A stretch of 64,000 nt of DNA, taken from contig NC_087447.1 in the NCBI RefSeq assembly GCF_036321535.1, positions 45,944,001 to 46,008,000 on the forward strand, read 5' to 3'. Shown here piece after piece: positions 49,861 to 63,060 of this stretch (position 1 is the stretch's first letter; each line of letters starts with the position of its first letter). This stretch comes from Camelus dromedarius. Its lineage: Eukaryota. The position numbers and the translations under genes are program-made. The notes under the pieces were generated by a model. It made no database searches, was not told the DNA's origin, and worked only from the letters and a program-made list of their open reading frames with translations.

Positions 49861-50135
49861 CCTTACCTGGTTCCCAACAGAGGGAGACTTGTCCTTTCCA
49901 CTACCACCCTGCAAGTATGTAGTGGGTGGCTCTTGGATATGGCCTTCTGAGGAGCCCAGCATGTGAGTCAGCCCTGCTGCCAAGAGACCCTTGGGGCTTG
50001 GAGAGAATATAATCAGATGACCAACCAGCGAGCAGCATAATCCTAGAGGTAAAGACTAGAATTTCCCTGGAGACTCACCACACTAGAATGAAGCAGGTCT
50101 AAATAATATGTTTCCCATCTCCTTTTTAATTATTT
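49861..50135 (-). promoter_or_regulatory. Putative OR51F2 promoter and first non-coding exon
   Basis: Minus-strand donor CAG|GTAAGG (intron starts 49866), O/E-like TTCCCTGGAG at 50063-50072 and homeodomain site CTTTTTAATTA at 50122-50132, in a repeat-free patch. Confidence 0.4.
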
Positions 50136-50739
50136 TACGATCTTTGTAGAATATCCATGAATATATAAACATTTTTTCCCCATTAACTTTAGATTCTATT
50201 CACTGCTATGCAGGAAATGCCCTTACACCTCTCTCCTTTCTCCATCCCCAAATTTCATCATCTACAGTGTGATTATTTCCCTGAATAGGTATATAAATTT
50301 ACGTATAGCCTTCTAGCTGTGATTAAATATAACATAGCTGTGTTTCAGTTGTTTGAACTTTAAAGCAAATAAATTTTGATTGAAATATGATTAGATAAAC
50401 ATTACTTAACACAGAATCTAGAATACTTGGTGTGACTTGAAAAAAGGATGACATATCATTCTACATCACTAAACACATGTCATTGTAAGACAAGGCATCC
50501 TTTCAACAAAATAAAATCAGTTCTTTCCTTTTTCTCATTCAGTTGTCCATATTTACATTAAATTTCTGTCTAATTTACACTGGACCGTGGTTTTCTGGGA
50601 CAAATTTCTGTTTTCTCTGGAGTTCAAATTCTCTTCCATTCTGTCCCCTCACAGGATACAGACAAGCTTTCTATACCATCTCACCAATGCCTTACTGTCT
50701 TTATTGGTAATGGTAATTAATTGCTTGCAAAATTTAATG

Positions 50740-50830
50740 AGCATACAAATAACCTCAAGATCTTGTTAAAATGAAAATTCTGATTCAGTAGGTCTGGGAT
50801 GGGATCTGAATCCTGAATTTCTGACATTGT
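50740..50830. mobile_element. MER5-type hAT fragment
   Basis: cttgttaaaatg...attctgattcagtaggtctgggatggg. Confidence 0.65.
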
Positions 50831-52679
50831 GTCTGCTTTGAAGTCATATTTTGTGCAAGACTTTAATATATTATACATTTTTCAAGACGTTGGATTGCTG
50901 CTTCCCTGAGATTACATGACACCTCTGAGTAGTTTCTACTTGATTATGAATTGTTATCTATTGTTGAACTTTATTGGATATCTGCTTCATTTTGCTGAAG
51001 CGCATAATCCAATTTTATTCAGAAAAAAATGGATGTGTTGCATAAATGATACATTTTATGTGTGTTCCTACCTATCTAAAATCTTCCTCTCTCTCTCTCT
51101 TTTTCTTCCTTTAATACTTCATTAATAGGTTGGCTGGATATAGAATTGTTAGGCTTTAAATAATTTTCTCTGAACGTTTTTAGGTTTAGCTTAATGTAGT
51201 GAAATAAGACTAGAGATAAAATTCTGGTTCTGTATGTCTACTTTGTAAAACTTTAAACCTTTCTGTGTCTTGGTTTCTGTACCTGTAAAGTAAGGGTGCT
51301 GATAAACTACTTCATTCGGTTGTTGTAGAGAATACATAAATATATAATTTTTAAACCTTTAGAGCCAACTTGGAGTGTAGAAATTATTAAACAAATCTCA
51401 CCTACTCATTACTAGGCCTGAGTAGACTAAACCTAAACTTATTAGCTTTCCTTTGCGTATGATCTTTTCCCTATTTTAAAGCTCCATCCTTTATCCTTGG
51501 CACTTTGAAATTCCAGTGTTATTTCCACGAATACTTTTGTTCCAGTTCTTTACTTTTTTTCCCTTCTTTACTGAGTAGTATTTTATTGAATACGTGTTGC
51601 AGAATCTGTTTAACTAATCTCCAACAGACAGATTTTGAGTTTCCAGGTTTTAGCTGTTACGTATACAGCTACTACAAACATTCTCTGACATTTTTGATGT
51701 AAATATAAATCATTTATTTGGGGTATGCGACTTGAAGTGGAACTGCTTGGTCAAAAAGATGCTCAACTTTATTACAAATTGCCAAAAAGATTCCTGATGT
51801 GTCTGTACTCAGTGCATGAATGCTCCAACTGCCCCACATTTTTTTGCCAATACTTAGTGTTGTCAGTGTATTGCATTTTAGTTATTCTAATGACTTTATA
51901 TTGGTATCCCATTGTGGTTTGAATTTTCGTTTCTCTAATGAATAATAATTTCAAGCACCTTTTCATACGTGCATTAGACATTCATTTATTTCTCTTTAAT
52001 GAAATGCCTCTTTAAATCAGAAGCTTAAAATTTTAATCAGAGCTTTGTCTCTCTATTAATTATGGGATTTTGTTTTTCAGATCTGTGCATTGTGAATATT
52101 TTCTTCATCTGTGGCTTTTGTATCTTTTGATAGTAGTAGGTTGGTTTTTATTTTCATGACATTCAGGGGTTTTTTTTCTTTAAAATCCCTTTTGTGTCCT
52201 GGCTGTGAAATGTTTGCTTTCTTCAAGTTCATGACAATATTATCTTAGTTTTTTTCTTTGGAATCTTTATAGTTTTATCTTTCAAATTTAGGTTTATGTT
52301 ATATCTCAATAAAGATTTTTTTTACGTTGAGGTAGGAGTGAAGGTTTATTTTGTTTTTCATACAGATATCCAATTGTTCTAGCCCCAAACAGATATTTTC
52401 CTGTCACTGAAGTGCATGGATTTATCTGTTGAGAATCAATTAATTATGTTTGGGGCTATTTCAGTTTTCTTTATAATTTTTTTCAACAATGTATTGATCT
52501 ATCCTTACATAAATACAAGGTAACTCCTAGGATATGTGATACCCTAGGCAAATATATCCTTAGGGTTCCCATCTAGATGAACAGTTTCATTAGAACTATA
52601 TTTAAAAATCCACTGGCTCATGTTATATGAATTATTTATAGATGATTATTTAGAATAATGGAAAAAATACATTTATTGT

Positions 52680-53117
52680 TATATTAGTTTATGAGGGCTA
52701 CTGTAATAAAGTACCACAAACTGGTTTAAACAACAGAATTTATTATGTCACAGTTTGGGGGCTTAGAAGTCCAAGATTAAGGTATGAGCAGGGCTGATAC
52801 CCTCTGTCAGCTGTGAAGGAAAATCTGTTCCTTGCCTCTCTTCCTAGCTTTTAGTGATTTGCTGGCAATCTGGGCTTATAAACACATTACCTTGATCTCT
52901 GCCTTCATGTCTACATGCCATTCCCTTTGTCTGCGTATCTGTGTCCAAATTTACCCTTTTTATAAGGACAGCAGTCATATTGGATTAGGAACCCACTCTA
53001 CTCCAGTATGACCTCTTCTTAATTAATTACGTCTGCAATGACCGTATTTCCAAATGAGGTCACATTCTGAGGTACTGGGGGTTAGAATATCAACATATGA
53101 ATTTTGGGGTGGTGCAA
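52680..53117 (-). mobile_element. MaLR solo LTR (MLT1B/C-like)
   Basis: tattagttt...agggctactgtaataaagtaccacaaactgg...ccaaatgaggtcacattctgaggtactgggggttag...caacatatgaattttgggg. Confidence 0.85.
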
Positions 53118-53120
53118 TAC

Positions 53121-53557
53121 TGTGATTTCTCATATATTTAGTAGCATTACTGAGAATTGTAGCCCTGGATAAAGCCTCTCAGCTCTGAGGAACTGTTTTA
53201 GGAGGTAAAGGAGAAGCCAGTATATATAGTTTTTGCTGAAACAACAACAACAACAACAAAAACAACCATGTAGTCAAACATCAAAAGATTACCGCTAGTC
53301 ACAAAGAACAGGTATCTCAAGTTCATGATTTTAGTGCCTGACTATGTATGGGAAGATGCAAGATTCTGGACTAATTGAAATTATTCCATTGCTATGCGTC
53401 TTAACTGTCTAGGGCCAATATCCTGTTTTTCTCTTTCCAAATTGCCCTCAGGGTACATCTTAGTAGTACCGAGGAGGTGGACTGCATTGACTGATGGCTG
53501 AATGGCAGACAACTGTCTTTGTTTACTGAAATGAAAGGCAACATTTTTTTGTCCACA
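53121..53557. mobile_element. Artiodactyl ERV1 LTR, MER41-related
   Basis: TG...CA ends; tactgagaattgtagccctgg...gcctctcagctctgaggaactg and gtagtcaaacatcaaaagattaccgct resemble recalled artiodactyl MER41-like LTRs. Confidence 0.55.
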
Positions 53558-53899
53558 TGTATCAGTGACCTTGCTCTCACAGAGCCCTGGTATCACACTA
53601 GATATGTATATTTCATGCAAATAATTATTCATACTTGCACATGTATATAAATTATACACATACATTCTAAAACAAATCTAGTCCTTTGCACACATATATA
53701 CTAGTATCTCTCAGTATACACATTAACACACATGATAAATGAACGCTTCCGCATTGTGCAAAATATCCCTTCAATCGTAAATATACATACTCTGACTAAC
53801 AATAAAATACATGCAGACAGATAAACTTACGCTCATGTAATCTCAACAACATACATTCTTAAACATGCATTCAAATCCCATGCTTTTGTATTTGTGTGT

Positions 53900-54945
53900 A
53901 CGATGGAAAGAGAAAACTTAGGGTTAATGCTTCCAGCTTTGGCCCCCAGTCTCAGAGGAAGCCAGTTTGAGTGTGAGGCACTGGGACCTAGGAGGAGGGA
54001 GAGAATTAATGCTTGGGGGAAGGGAAAGGCTAGACTTGAACAGGATTTTAAATAGGCTCTAATGGATGGTCTCTGCTAAAAGCTGAATCCCAGGAGCAAT
54101 TTATAGCTACTTGTGGTCATGCTGGACTTGATGAGAGATGAAGCAGTGCCGACAGTTAGTGGTTCCCTGTACCTCATTATCTCTCATCTCTGCCCATCCC
54201 AGAGAGCAGTAGGACTCACAGAGGCTTCCAGGAACTGGAACACAAGGTGTGCAGAGTGCATAACTGCCTGACTCACTGGGGGCTCCAGGTACAGGGTCCC
54301 ATGACTGCTGAGCTTCATCCTGAGATGGGAAAAAGATTTGCTGTTTGTAGTGTGTCTTCCAGGGACACTCCAGAAAAGCAGGAAGACTGCCCCATACACA
54401 ATCCTTCTATGAAGGAGGTCGGGTCTGAACCCTGCTCCTGCATTATTGTTCTATGCCTTAGTATTAGATACCCCAAAGTAAGAAAACAGTCTAATTTTCC
54501 CTGAGGCTATTCCTTAGCAAGATCTCAACTCATCTTACTCTTTATCCCTTCAGCCTTGAACAACGTGGATTGAACTGATGGGTATTTTCCACATAATGAA
54601 TGATTTGGAAGACACTAGACTGCATGGGAAGGCAGAATAAAGTGCAGAGAGGAAAGAGAGGTATCTCTCCAGGGCCCCCATCTCCCACTTCAGATTTGGT
54701 TCTCAGGTCAGCTCTGCTTCTCCCTTGTCTTCCAAGAAAGAAAATCTGAGAGTGGAAAATCAGAATGGTATGAGGCATCTCTTATGGGGAGGCTTTTGGT
54801 TTGTGAAAAGGCTATTGGAGAGCCTGAGATATAGATGAAGCAGGGAAGAGAAACTGGCTTTGTAGAGGGGCTGCTTATCTGAGTAGCTGAACCCTGGTTG
54901 GGAAGAGATTCACCACCGCAAAAAGTGTTTGGAGAACAGGTGAGT
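53900..54945 (+). promoter_or_regulatory. Putative OR52R1 promoter and 5' UTR exon region
   Basis: TTAATGC twice, CTAATGG and O/E-like TCCCAGGAG near 54087; consensus donor CAG|GTGAGT after 54939. Confidence 0.35.
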
Positions 54946-56886
54946 TCTCTATTCAGGCTCTGGGCAGAGGCCAATAAAGATGCCATCCTAGAAAAAGTAG
55001 CCTATACCCAGAGATGCTAGAAGACCAACCTGGACAGAGGCATCCAGTCCAATGATGTAGCAGGTGTTCCAGGTTCAAATGCAGATCTATCTGTAATGCA
55101 GTATATAATTTTGGAGGTCTCCTCTGTATTTGCCTTTTTCATGATAGGGCAACAGTCTCTGTTTTACACAACCAGAGTGAGTATTCCAGAATGATTGTTC
55201 CAGTCAATCATTTTCTACCAGAGATAGTGGTGAGTACCACCAATAGCACTGGCTGTAGAGTTATGCACTTGGCACTAAGTTATTATATGGTCTTGGGCAA
55301 ATCATGTAACTGTTCTGAGCTCTATTCTCCTCATTGTAAAATAAGGATGCAGAGGCTTTGTAAGAGTTAGAAACAACAAAATGTAGAAGCATATAGTGTT
55401 ATATCTACAAAAATAGCAATATCTTCCAGAATTTATCAAAGAGATTATTAAGCACTTTGGTAAATTGTGTCTTTAGCTAACATCTTTACCAGTGCCCAGT
55501 GCAGGAGTGAGTACGGTCCAAGTATGCTTTTCCAGGTACCCCTGAGCCTCAGTGACTATATCCTCACAAGTGGAGGGTGACATATAGGAGGCAAAAAGGA
55601 GGGAGGGAGGGAAGCTCTGGCTCAAACAGAATTTATGACTGTTTGGGAAGACCAGCACAGGCAGAAGAGGATAAAACAAAACCCTAGCCCCCAGATAATG
55701 TGTGTGTTGCTGAATTTTCACCATACCTTAGATGGGAGTATTTGTTTTGAGCAAACCAATAGCTATTATCTAGGTAGGATGGTAAAGTTTCCAATTGAGA
55801 TCAAAACTTATAAGGTCTGAACTTCATTTTTCTCACAACATTATAAATCTAGGGAAAATCAGAAAAAGGCTAGGACCTTTAAGCCAAAGTGTTTTTCAAA
55901 CTGACTTCCTACCCTGAAAAATTGCCCAAAGGTTTTGTTGTTGTTTTGTTTAATTCAGACGCAGGAGGCCACAGCATAGACCCTGTTGTTTTACATCTCT
56001 AACTGTCTCATCTGGATGTCTGTCTTTGTATCTATGTGTATATCTCTATGGAAGGGGACAAGGGGACTCTTCTGTAAAAATCTGAAACACATTCAGATTA
56101 TGAACACCTACAATACTGGTCAGTCCAAGTGTGGCTGTGAAGTCCCAAGAAAGAGAGGGCACATGGGGTCAAGGCCTGACCCAGCCTCTAACCAGCCCCA
56201 CCTCCCCAAGGTCAGCCAGCCCTGCAAGGATAGAGAAAGAAGGCACAGTCTAGCCCTCCTCCAGGGGACTTCTAGGAGACAGTGGGGTCCCTGGCTTTGG
56301 GAGTCTCAGAGCCCATCAGCAGGGAGATGCTGGGAGATGATTATCCCCTTTGGAGATGTAGGAGCCCTCTCCCAGCTAGAAGAGCACAGGCAAGTTGCTG
56401 TTCCCCACACCTACGGAGCCCAGGTCCACTAGGAACGGGTTCCTCAGCGTGGTGTAATACGCCAACTCCTTCTCTGAGTCACGGATTCCCAAGGGATGAA
56501 AGGACCTATGGGAAAGGTTAAACACATCAGTTGTTAGTTCTAAACAGAGTGAAAGGAAAAGAATTACCACAACATTATTTAGATGGTTTTCCTTTAGCAG
56601 ATTCTACTTTCAAAAAAATATTGATTCTTGTAAAATATTGCACTTGCAGCTAGTATGTTTTGAAGGACGTGACTATGAATAAAGAATAAAGAATAGCATC
56701 ATTTTATATTGTGAAATTTTATTTATTAAAATAGTTGAAATGATTCTTGTTTACCATTAAACCTGGTTGCCTACTATTCAATTATTCCATCCAAAAGATT
56801 ATAAACAATAACAATGATTTATTTTTTTATTATCATCTGCAAAGAGTAGGTTACCTTCCCAATGGAGAAAAATTAACCATCCTGTG

Positions 56887-57831
56887 ATGTTGGCTTCAGG
56901 GAACAGCTCTTCTCATCCTGTGTCCTTCATCCTGCTTGGGATTCCAGGACTCGAGGAGTCTCAATTTTGGATTGCCTTTCCATTCTGTGTCATGTATGTT
57001 GTGGCTACAGTGGGCAATATCACTGTCCTTCATATAATCCGAACTGATCACACATTGCACGAGCCCATGTACTTCTTTCTGGCCATGCTAGCTATTACTG
57101 ACCTGGTCCTCTCCACTTCCACCCAACCTAAAATGCTTGCCATACTCTGGTTTCACACTCATGAGATTGAGTACCATGCCTGTCTTATCCAGGTGTTCTT
57201 CATCCATGCATTTTCTTCTGTAGAGTCTGGGGTGCTCATGGCTATGGCCTTGGACCGTTATGTGGCTATCTGCCTCCCACTCCGTCACTCTAGTATCCTG
57301 ACTCCATCTGTAGTGGGTAAATTGGGGGCAGTTGTGATGATGAGAGGGCTTCTGTGGGTGAGTCCTTTCTGCTTTATGGTTTCCAGGATGCCGTTCTGCT
57401 CTAACCAGATCATTCCGCAGTCCTACTGTGAGCACATGGCTGTGCTGAAGTTGGTGTGTGCTGATATTAGAGTAAATCATGCGTATGGGCTCTTTGTGGC
57501 CTTCTCTGTGGTTGGCTCTGATATGATTGTCATCAGTGTATCCTATGTGATGATTTTGAGAACTGTGCTGTGGTTGCCCTCCGGTGAAGCCCGGCTTAAG
57601 GCTTTTGGCACATGTGCTTCCCATATCTGTGTCATCTTGGCTTTTTATATCCCGGCCCTCTTTACGTTCCTCACCCACCGCTTTGGACATCATGTGCCCC
57701 GTGTGGTACAAGTCTTGTTGGCTAATTTCTATGTACTGGTACCTCCCATGCTTAACCCCATCATCTATGGAGTTAGAACCAAACAGATCAGGGACAGGGT
57801 TATTCAAGGATGTTGTAAAAAAGACCCCTGA
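56887..57831 (+). CDS. OR52R1: Olfactory receptor 52R1 orthologue, intact, 314 aa
   Basis: LASGNSSSHPVSFILLGIPGLE, STQPKMLAI, MALDRYVAICLPLRHSSILTPSVV, QSYCEHMAVLKLVCAD and PPMLNPIIYGVRTKQI. ATG at 56887; 56884 is GTG. Confidence 0.94.
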   Translation: MLASGNSSSHPVSFILLGIPGLEESQFWIAFPFCVMYVVATVGNITVLHIIRTDHTLHEPMYFFLAMLAITDLVLSTSTQPKMLAILWFHTHEIEYHACLIQVFFIHAFSSVESGVLMAMALDRYVAICLPLRHSSILTPSVVGKLGAVVMMRGLLWVSPFCFMVSRMPFCSNQIIPQSYCEHMAVLKLVCADIRVNHAYGLFVAFSVVGSDMIVISVSYVMILRTVLWLPSGEARLKAFGTCASHICVILAFYIPALFTFLTHRFGHHVPRVVQVLLANFYVLVPPMLNPIIYGVRTKQIRDRVIQGCCKKDP

Positions 57832-60800
57832 GTCAAGCAGCACAGAGCCTCAGCCACCCCATTTGCCCCACTGATCTGGGGACATAAATGCAGAAAGTCT
57901 GCCAGGCTGTCACACATTGTCACAAAGTCATCTCTGTGACTAACTGGCTTAGAGGTCAGCAACCCTCCTGAAGCAAGAGGAACAATTCTCAGGATACCCA
58001 GAACAAGAATTCTCTAAGAGAAGTGATTAATAATGGATGCAAAGTTGACCTACGTTCATTATCACAAGAAGACGGTAAAAGACATATTCACCTATCAAAT
58101 TAGTGAAGATTTGAAAAGAATATCATATTCCACAGACCACTAAGGTGAAAAATTATTTCTACATTGTTGGTAGAAGTATAAGTTGGTATAAAAGGAATTA
58201 AGAAATTTCCATTAACACAGTTTAAAAGTCATATATTTCCCCATCTTTATTTCTGTATAAAAATAGAATTTTAGAAAAAATATACAAAGACATGTAAAGA
58301 CCCATAATTTATAAAAAAAGGAAAACATTTAAATATCAATCTATAAGAAACCAGATGAAATAATGAGCAATTGAATGTCATGTATCATGTAACTGCTACA
58401 TTTGCAAAAAGTATCTCAAGATGTGAAAATGATCAAGATATAATATGAAATTTTAAAAATTGCCCATACAGCTGATGCCAATTCTAAAAAAGGAATATAT
58501 ATGCATAGAAAAAGTTTTGGAAAATACATCCTAATTCTAAAAATAACTAATAGTAGTAGTGAGATTTGTTCTATTTTAATTTGCTTTTGCACCTTTATAT
58601 CTTTTTAAAAATTATCCTTAATTGATGTTTAATTTCAGTATGAGAAAAAGTAATTGAAATAACAACACAAGTGTGTAGAAGAAGTTCATTCCATGCTGAA
58701 GCCTAACAGAGTGCAGTGGGCATTCTGAGAGCGGGAGGAACTCTGGAATAAATTTCAGAAAGGTTTGAAAATCTAGATGTAAAATTGCTGCCAGAGTCAC
58801 AACTTCTTGAGACTATTAACAGAGAGAATTAGGTAGGCTAAATGGTGGTCTCTCTTGGCATAATTTGATTCCCTGGTAACAATGAATTTCAAATGAAGAA
58901 GTTTTCAAAAAGAATAAGGAAAAAGAGTCTCCTCTGAAGATAACTATATCATATGGTTAAACTTCATAAGAAAGTCACTAGAAATTTTATTATTTGTTAA
59001 TATTCAATTTCCTTTTAAATTAAAATTTTAACCTGTTTTAGAAAACTACATATCCTTCCTTTATTGTTTTTTTGTTTTTTGAACTTTATTGAGCTGTACT
59101 TAACATGCAAGTAGTTGCACATATTTAATGCATACATTTTGATGAGTTTGAACATACGTATACACCCAATACCATCAGCACAAGCAAGATAATAAATGTG
59201 TCTATCACAGTCATTGCATTTGTGTTTTTATCTGCACTCACCACTCTCTTGTCAAAGTCAATGGTGAAGAAGGTTCCAGAATTCAGGATCTTTTGTTATT
59301 AAAACCAACATCAAATGAAGGTGTTTTAAGAGAAATCAGGAATATGTGTGCTTTTCCCAGAAGGAACAGCTGTTGGAACCTAAAAATGCCCGTAGAAGTG
59401 AATAGGTATTCTAAAGGAGCATTTTCAAAATTCCCAAATTTTAAAGTTGCAAGAAACCATGATACCCTTATCAGCAAATCAGTTAATGATTGCGTATCTT
59501 TTTCTTTTGAAAATTAGCTTTGTGTCTTAACTTGTGACAATAAAATGCAGATATATTAGTACATCACTTTAATGAGTTCTGATACATGTAAATGTCTGTG
59601 TGGCTACCAGCCTAATTAAGATACAGAAAATTTCCATCACTTCAGAAAGATTTTTGTTGCCTCTTTGTAGTCAGACACCCACCCCTCTCCATCCCAAGCA
59701 GGCAAATCTTGATCTGATTTCTTTCTCTATAGATGATTGTTTTCTCTCACTAGGATTTGACTCTGGTGTCTCGCCTAGTATAAAGCTTTTCAGATTCGTC
59801 CATACTGTTGCACATAAGAATAGTTCATTTCCTATTAATGCTCAGTAGTATATTTTATTTTTTCAAAATACCTCAATTGGTATATTGTTACCATTCTCCT
59901 TAGCTTCAGCCCTTCTAGACTTTTACTTCCAAATGTATCAACCTCTTATCTGTCTTAGGGCTTGGCTCTTAATCATTCCACTTCCTCACATTGTTCTTTT
60001 CTAGGACATTCTGTATCCCTGTCATTATCCATTAGGTCTCAGCTGTACCACCTTATCAGTGAAATGTGTTTTAACCTGTGTATCTCAACTAGATGCTGCC
60101 GCTTACAATTGTCTTTTAACACAAATATTTGAGTTCCTCCCTATCTTAGCACAATATGTAATTATTTAAATATTTATTTATTATCTGTTCCTTTGACTTG
60201 AATATAAATTCTATGAAAGCCTGGCATAATTGTTTACTATTCTTTCCCCAAACCTAGCTCACTACAAAAACAAAACAAAACAAAACAACACAAAACAAAA
60301 CAACCCAAAAAACTAGTTATGTTAAATGAATGAGTTTTTACGTGTTTGATACCATTGTCCCAACAATTCCACTATGGACCACAAGATGGCATTTGCAGGT
60401 CCATTTTCCCCTCATTCCTCCAAAACTAGGTACCAGACTTTTCAGTCCTAAGGGCTCCTTCCATTATCCCCATGGGAATTTTGAAAGATGTTTGTCAAAT
60501 GAGATAAGTTTGCTATAAAATATAAATAACAATATTCCCTCACTCACTTCTTTTTATTAACAAATATGAAATGTTTAAAATTACAGTTTAAATTTCTATT
60601 CAAGAAATATTTACTGAACAATTATCTGCACCATTCTGTAAGAGGATGGGAATAGAGAAGATAAACTGTCCATTACAGCATCTAAATAGTAGGAGACAAT
60701 GAAAATAAGCACCCTGCGTATCTACAATGCCAGCCCCAGTGTAAAACCTGAGTACTTAAGCTATGCAAGTATGTCACAATTCAAAACATCCTTAAGTATT

Positions 60801-61140
60801 CTGAATCAATGAAAATGGATGATTGTCTTTATCACACCTTAAGAAACAGTGGATCCAGGACATTACATTTGTAACTAAACTCAAGCTTGTCTGTAGTCAT
60901 TTGTGAAAACTACCCAGTGAGCACTTTGAGTGAGGGGCTCAATTTCCCACTTACAAGGTGGGCAGAGTCATCACAGTGCCTCCCTTCTCTCCAATGTGAC
61001 ATAGTGACTGAGAGAGGCCAGATGGAACTTAAGAAAAGCAGTCCCTGGCAGGTCAGCTTCTCATAGGTTTTAAACCTTGCTAAGAGCAAGTCAGGCTCTC
61101 AGAGCACAGTTTTAGACTAATTTCAAAACAAGAACACTTG

Positions 61141-61285
61141 GTGCTGGGATTATAGAGATTAAAATTTCATAGCTCATCCTAAAAACCCCTTCTCTATGCT
61201 CTCAGAACACCTCGTGCTGGGATTATAGAGATTAAAATTTCATAGCTCATCCTAAAAACCCCTTCTCTATGCTCTCAGAACACCT
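61141..61285. repeat. Perfect tandem duplication, 72 bp x2, period 73
   Basis: gtgctgggattatag...ctcagaacacct at 61141-61212 and 61214-61285. Confidence 0.97.
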
Positions 61286-62529
61286 GGTAAAATCTGCTGT
61301 CATCACACTCATGGCCTAAACACCCTAATGAACTGATTGTGTGTTTTAATGTTAATTCTGTCTTCTAATCCTGAAGTCACTGCCTAATTCTCTAGCTTCT
61401 AAATCTAGAACTCCCGGGGCCGGAGGAGGAAGGAAAGGCCTGAAGAGGTACGATGCCTGACTTTGCAGAGCACAGCCTTTGCCCCATCCCCATCCCAGAT
61501 AAACCTGGAGTCTCAGCCTTTGGGTTCTGATTATCAACGTGTCTATCTTAGGTATGGACCATCAAGGAAAAGATTTGAACTCTTCGGTTTCTGGAAGCCC
61601 TCCAGATACCAGCCCCAACATTTCTTACACTCCTTTGCATCACTACAGGTGCATATATGTACAGGTAGCTATAATTATCCAGTTACATTTTGTAGATGAG
61701 GAAACAGAAACCAAATAATCTAAGTAATATCCTTGAGGGTATTTCTGAGCCAGAATGTATAGATAGCAGAGCCAGAAAGTGTGTGTGTGGTAGGGGGCTG
61801 GGGGAGATCAACGAACAAATAAATAACAGCAACAGAAAAACAGATCTCCTAGGTAGAACTTGACCCTTTCTAAGAAATCAGCTACGGATCTTATAGCTCT
61901 GAGGAGAAATTTATAGGGTAGCCCACATTAATGACACCCCTGTTGTACAAAATGTCTCACAAGGAAAAGTTGTAAAAAGAAGTATGTATCCATTTCTGTT
62001 TCTGGAGTGCGCCAGCTCTATTGTAGATCTCATATGGGTTTTAAAAGAGGACCAAGGCCAGTGGGGAGGTGATAGGGACAGAATACCATAGCATAGTGGC
62101 TATGGAGAGGAATGAGGCTGAGAGCAAACACAGGCTTGATGTCACCTAGGAGCTTAGGTTTTAACTTGCAGGACAGAAATCCTCTACTGTGTGTGTGTGT
62201 TTTTTAATTGAAGTTACAATTAAAGTAACAGTGAAAGTAACAATGAAAAGTAACTGAAATTTGTAATGAAAAGTAACAATGGAAGTACAGTACAATTGAA
62301 GTAACAATGTCAGTTACATGTGTCAATTTCTGGTGTACAGCATAATGTTTCAGTCATATATATACATGCTTATATGGATCCCAGGCAAATTCAGGGTGAG
62401 AACTTGTCCTGCTGGGACTCAGACAGAAACTAGGATCCGAGGGAAAAAGAAACCTTAACAGATAATGCTGCCTCCAGATCAGGGTGAAATCAGGAAACAG
62501 ACTTAGCAGGCTATAAAGAATTAAATAGA

Positions 62530-62951
62530 GTGGAATCTAAAAAAATAATGACACAAATGAACTTAGTTACAAAACAGAAATAGACTCACAGACATGGAAA
62601 ATAAGCTTATGATTACCAAAGGGAAAAGGAAGGGGGAGGGATAAATTAGGAGTTTGGGATTAACATATACAAACTACTATATACAAAATAGATAAACAAC
62701 AAGGTCCTGCTGTTGTTATATATATATATTGTTATATATATATATTGAATATATATATATATATATGTTATATATATATATTCAATATATATATATATAT
62801 ATATTCAATAGCTTGGAATAACCTGTAATAAAAATTAAAATGAAAGAGAATATATATATGATAACTTGACTCACTGTGCTGTACACCAGAAACAGACAAC
62901 ATTGTAAATCAACTATGCTTCAATTTTTAAAAAAAGCAAAATAAAATAAAA
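62530..62951 (+). mobile_element. Artiodactyl-type L1 3' end with an internal AT expansion
   Basis: tggaatctaaaaa...acaaatgaactta...acagaaatagactcacagac...gggataaattaggagtttgggattaac...gctgtacaccagaaac...aacattgtaaatcaactat, then an A-rich tail. Confidence 0.85.
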
Positions 62952-63007
62952 TTACATTTTTGTTAAAATGAAGATAAAAGACTGTCTAGTCAACATATGA
63001 CCAAGGT

Positions 63008-63060
<53 letters not shown>
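63008..63060. repeat. (AAC)~17 microsatellite
   Basis: Uninterrupted aac run. Confidence 0.97.

Noticed and set aside
57088..57843. 251-aa antisense ORF over OR52R1
   Set aside because: Shadow ORF of an OR coding strand, with no recognisable domain.
61141..61285. Direct repeat as a CRISPR-like array
   Set aside because: Two adjacent copies, no spacers, mammalian context.
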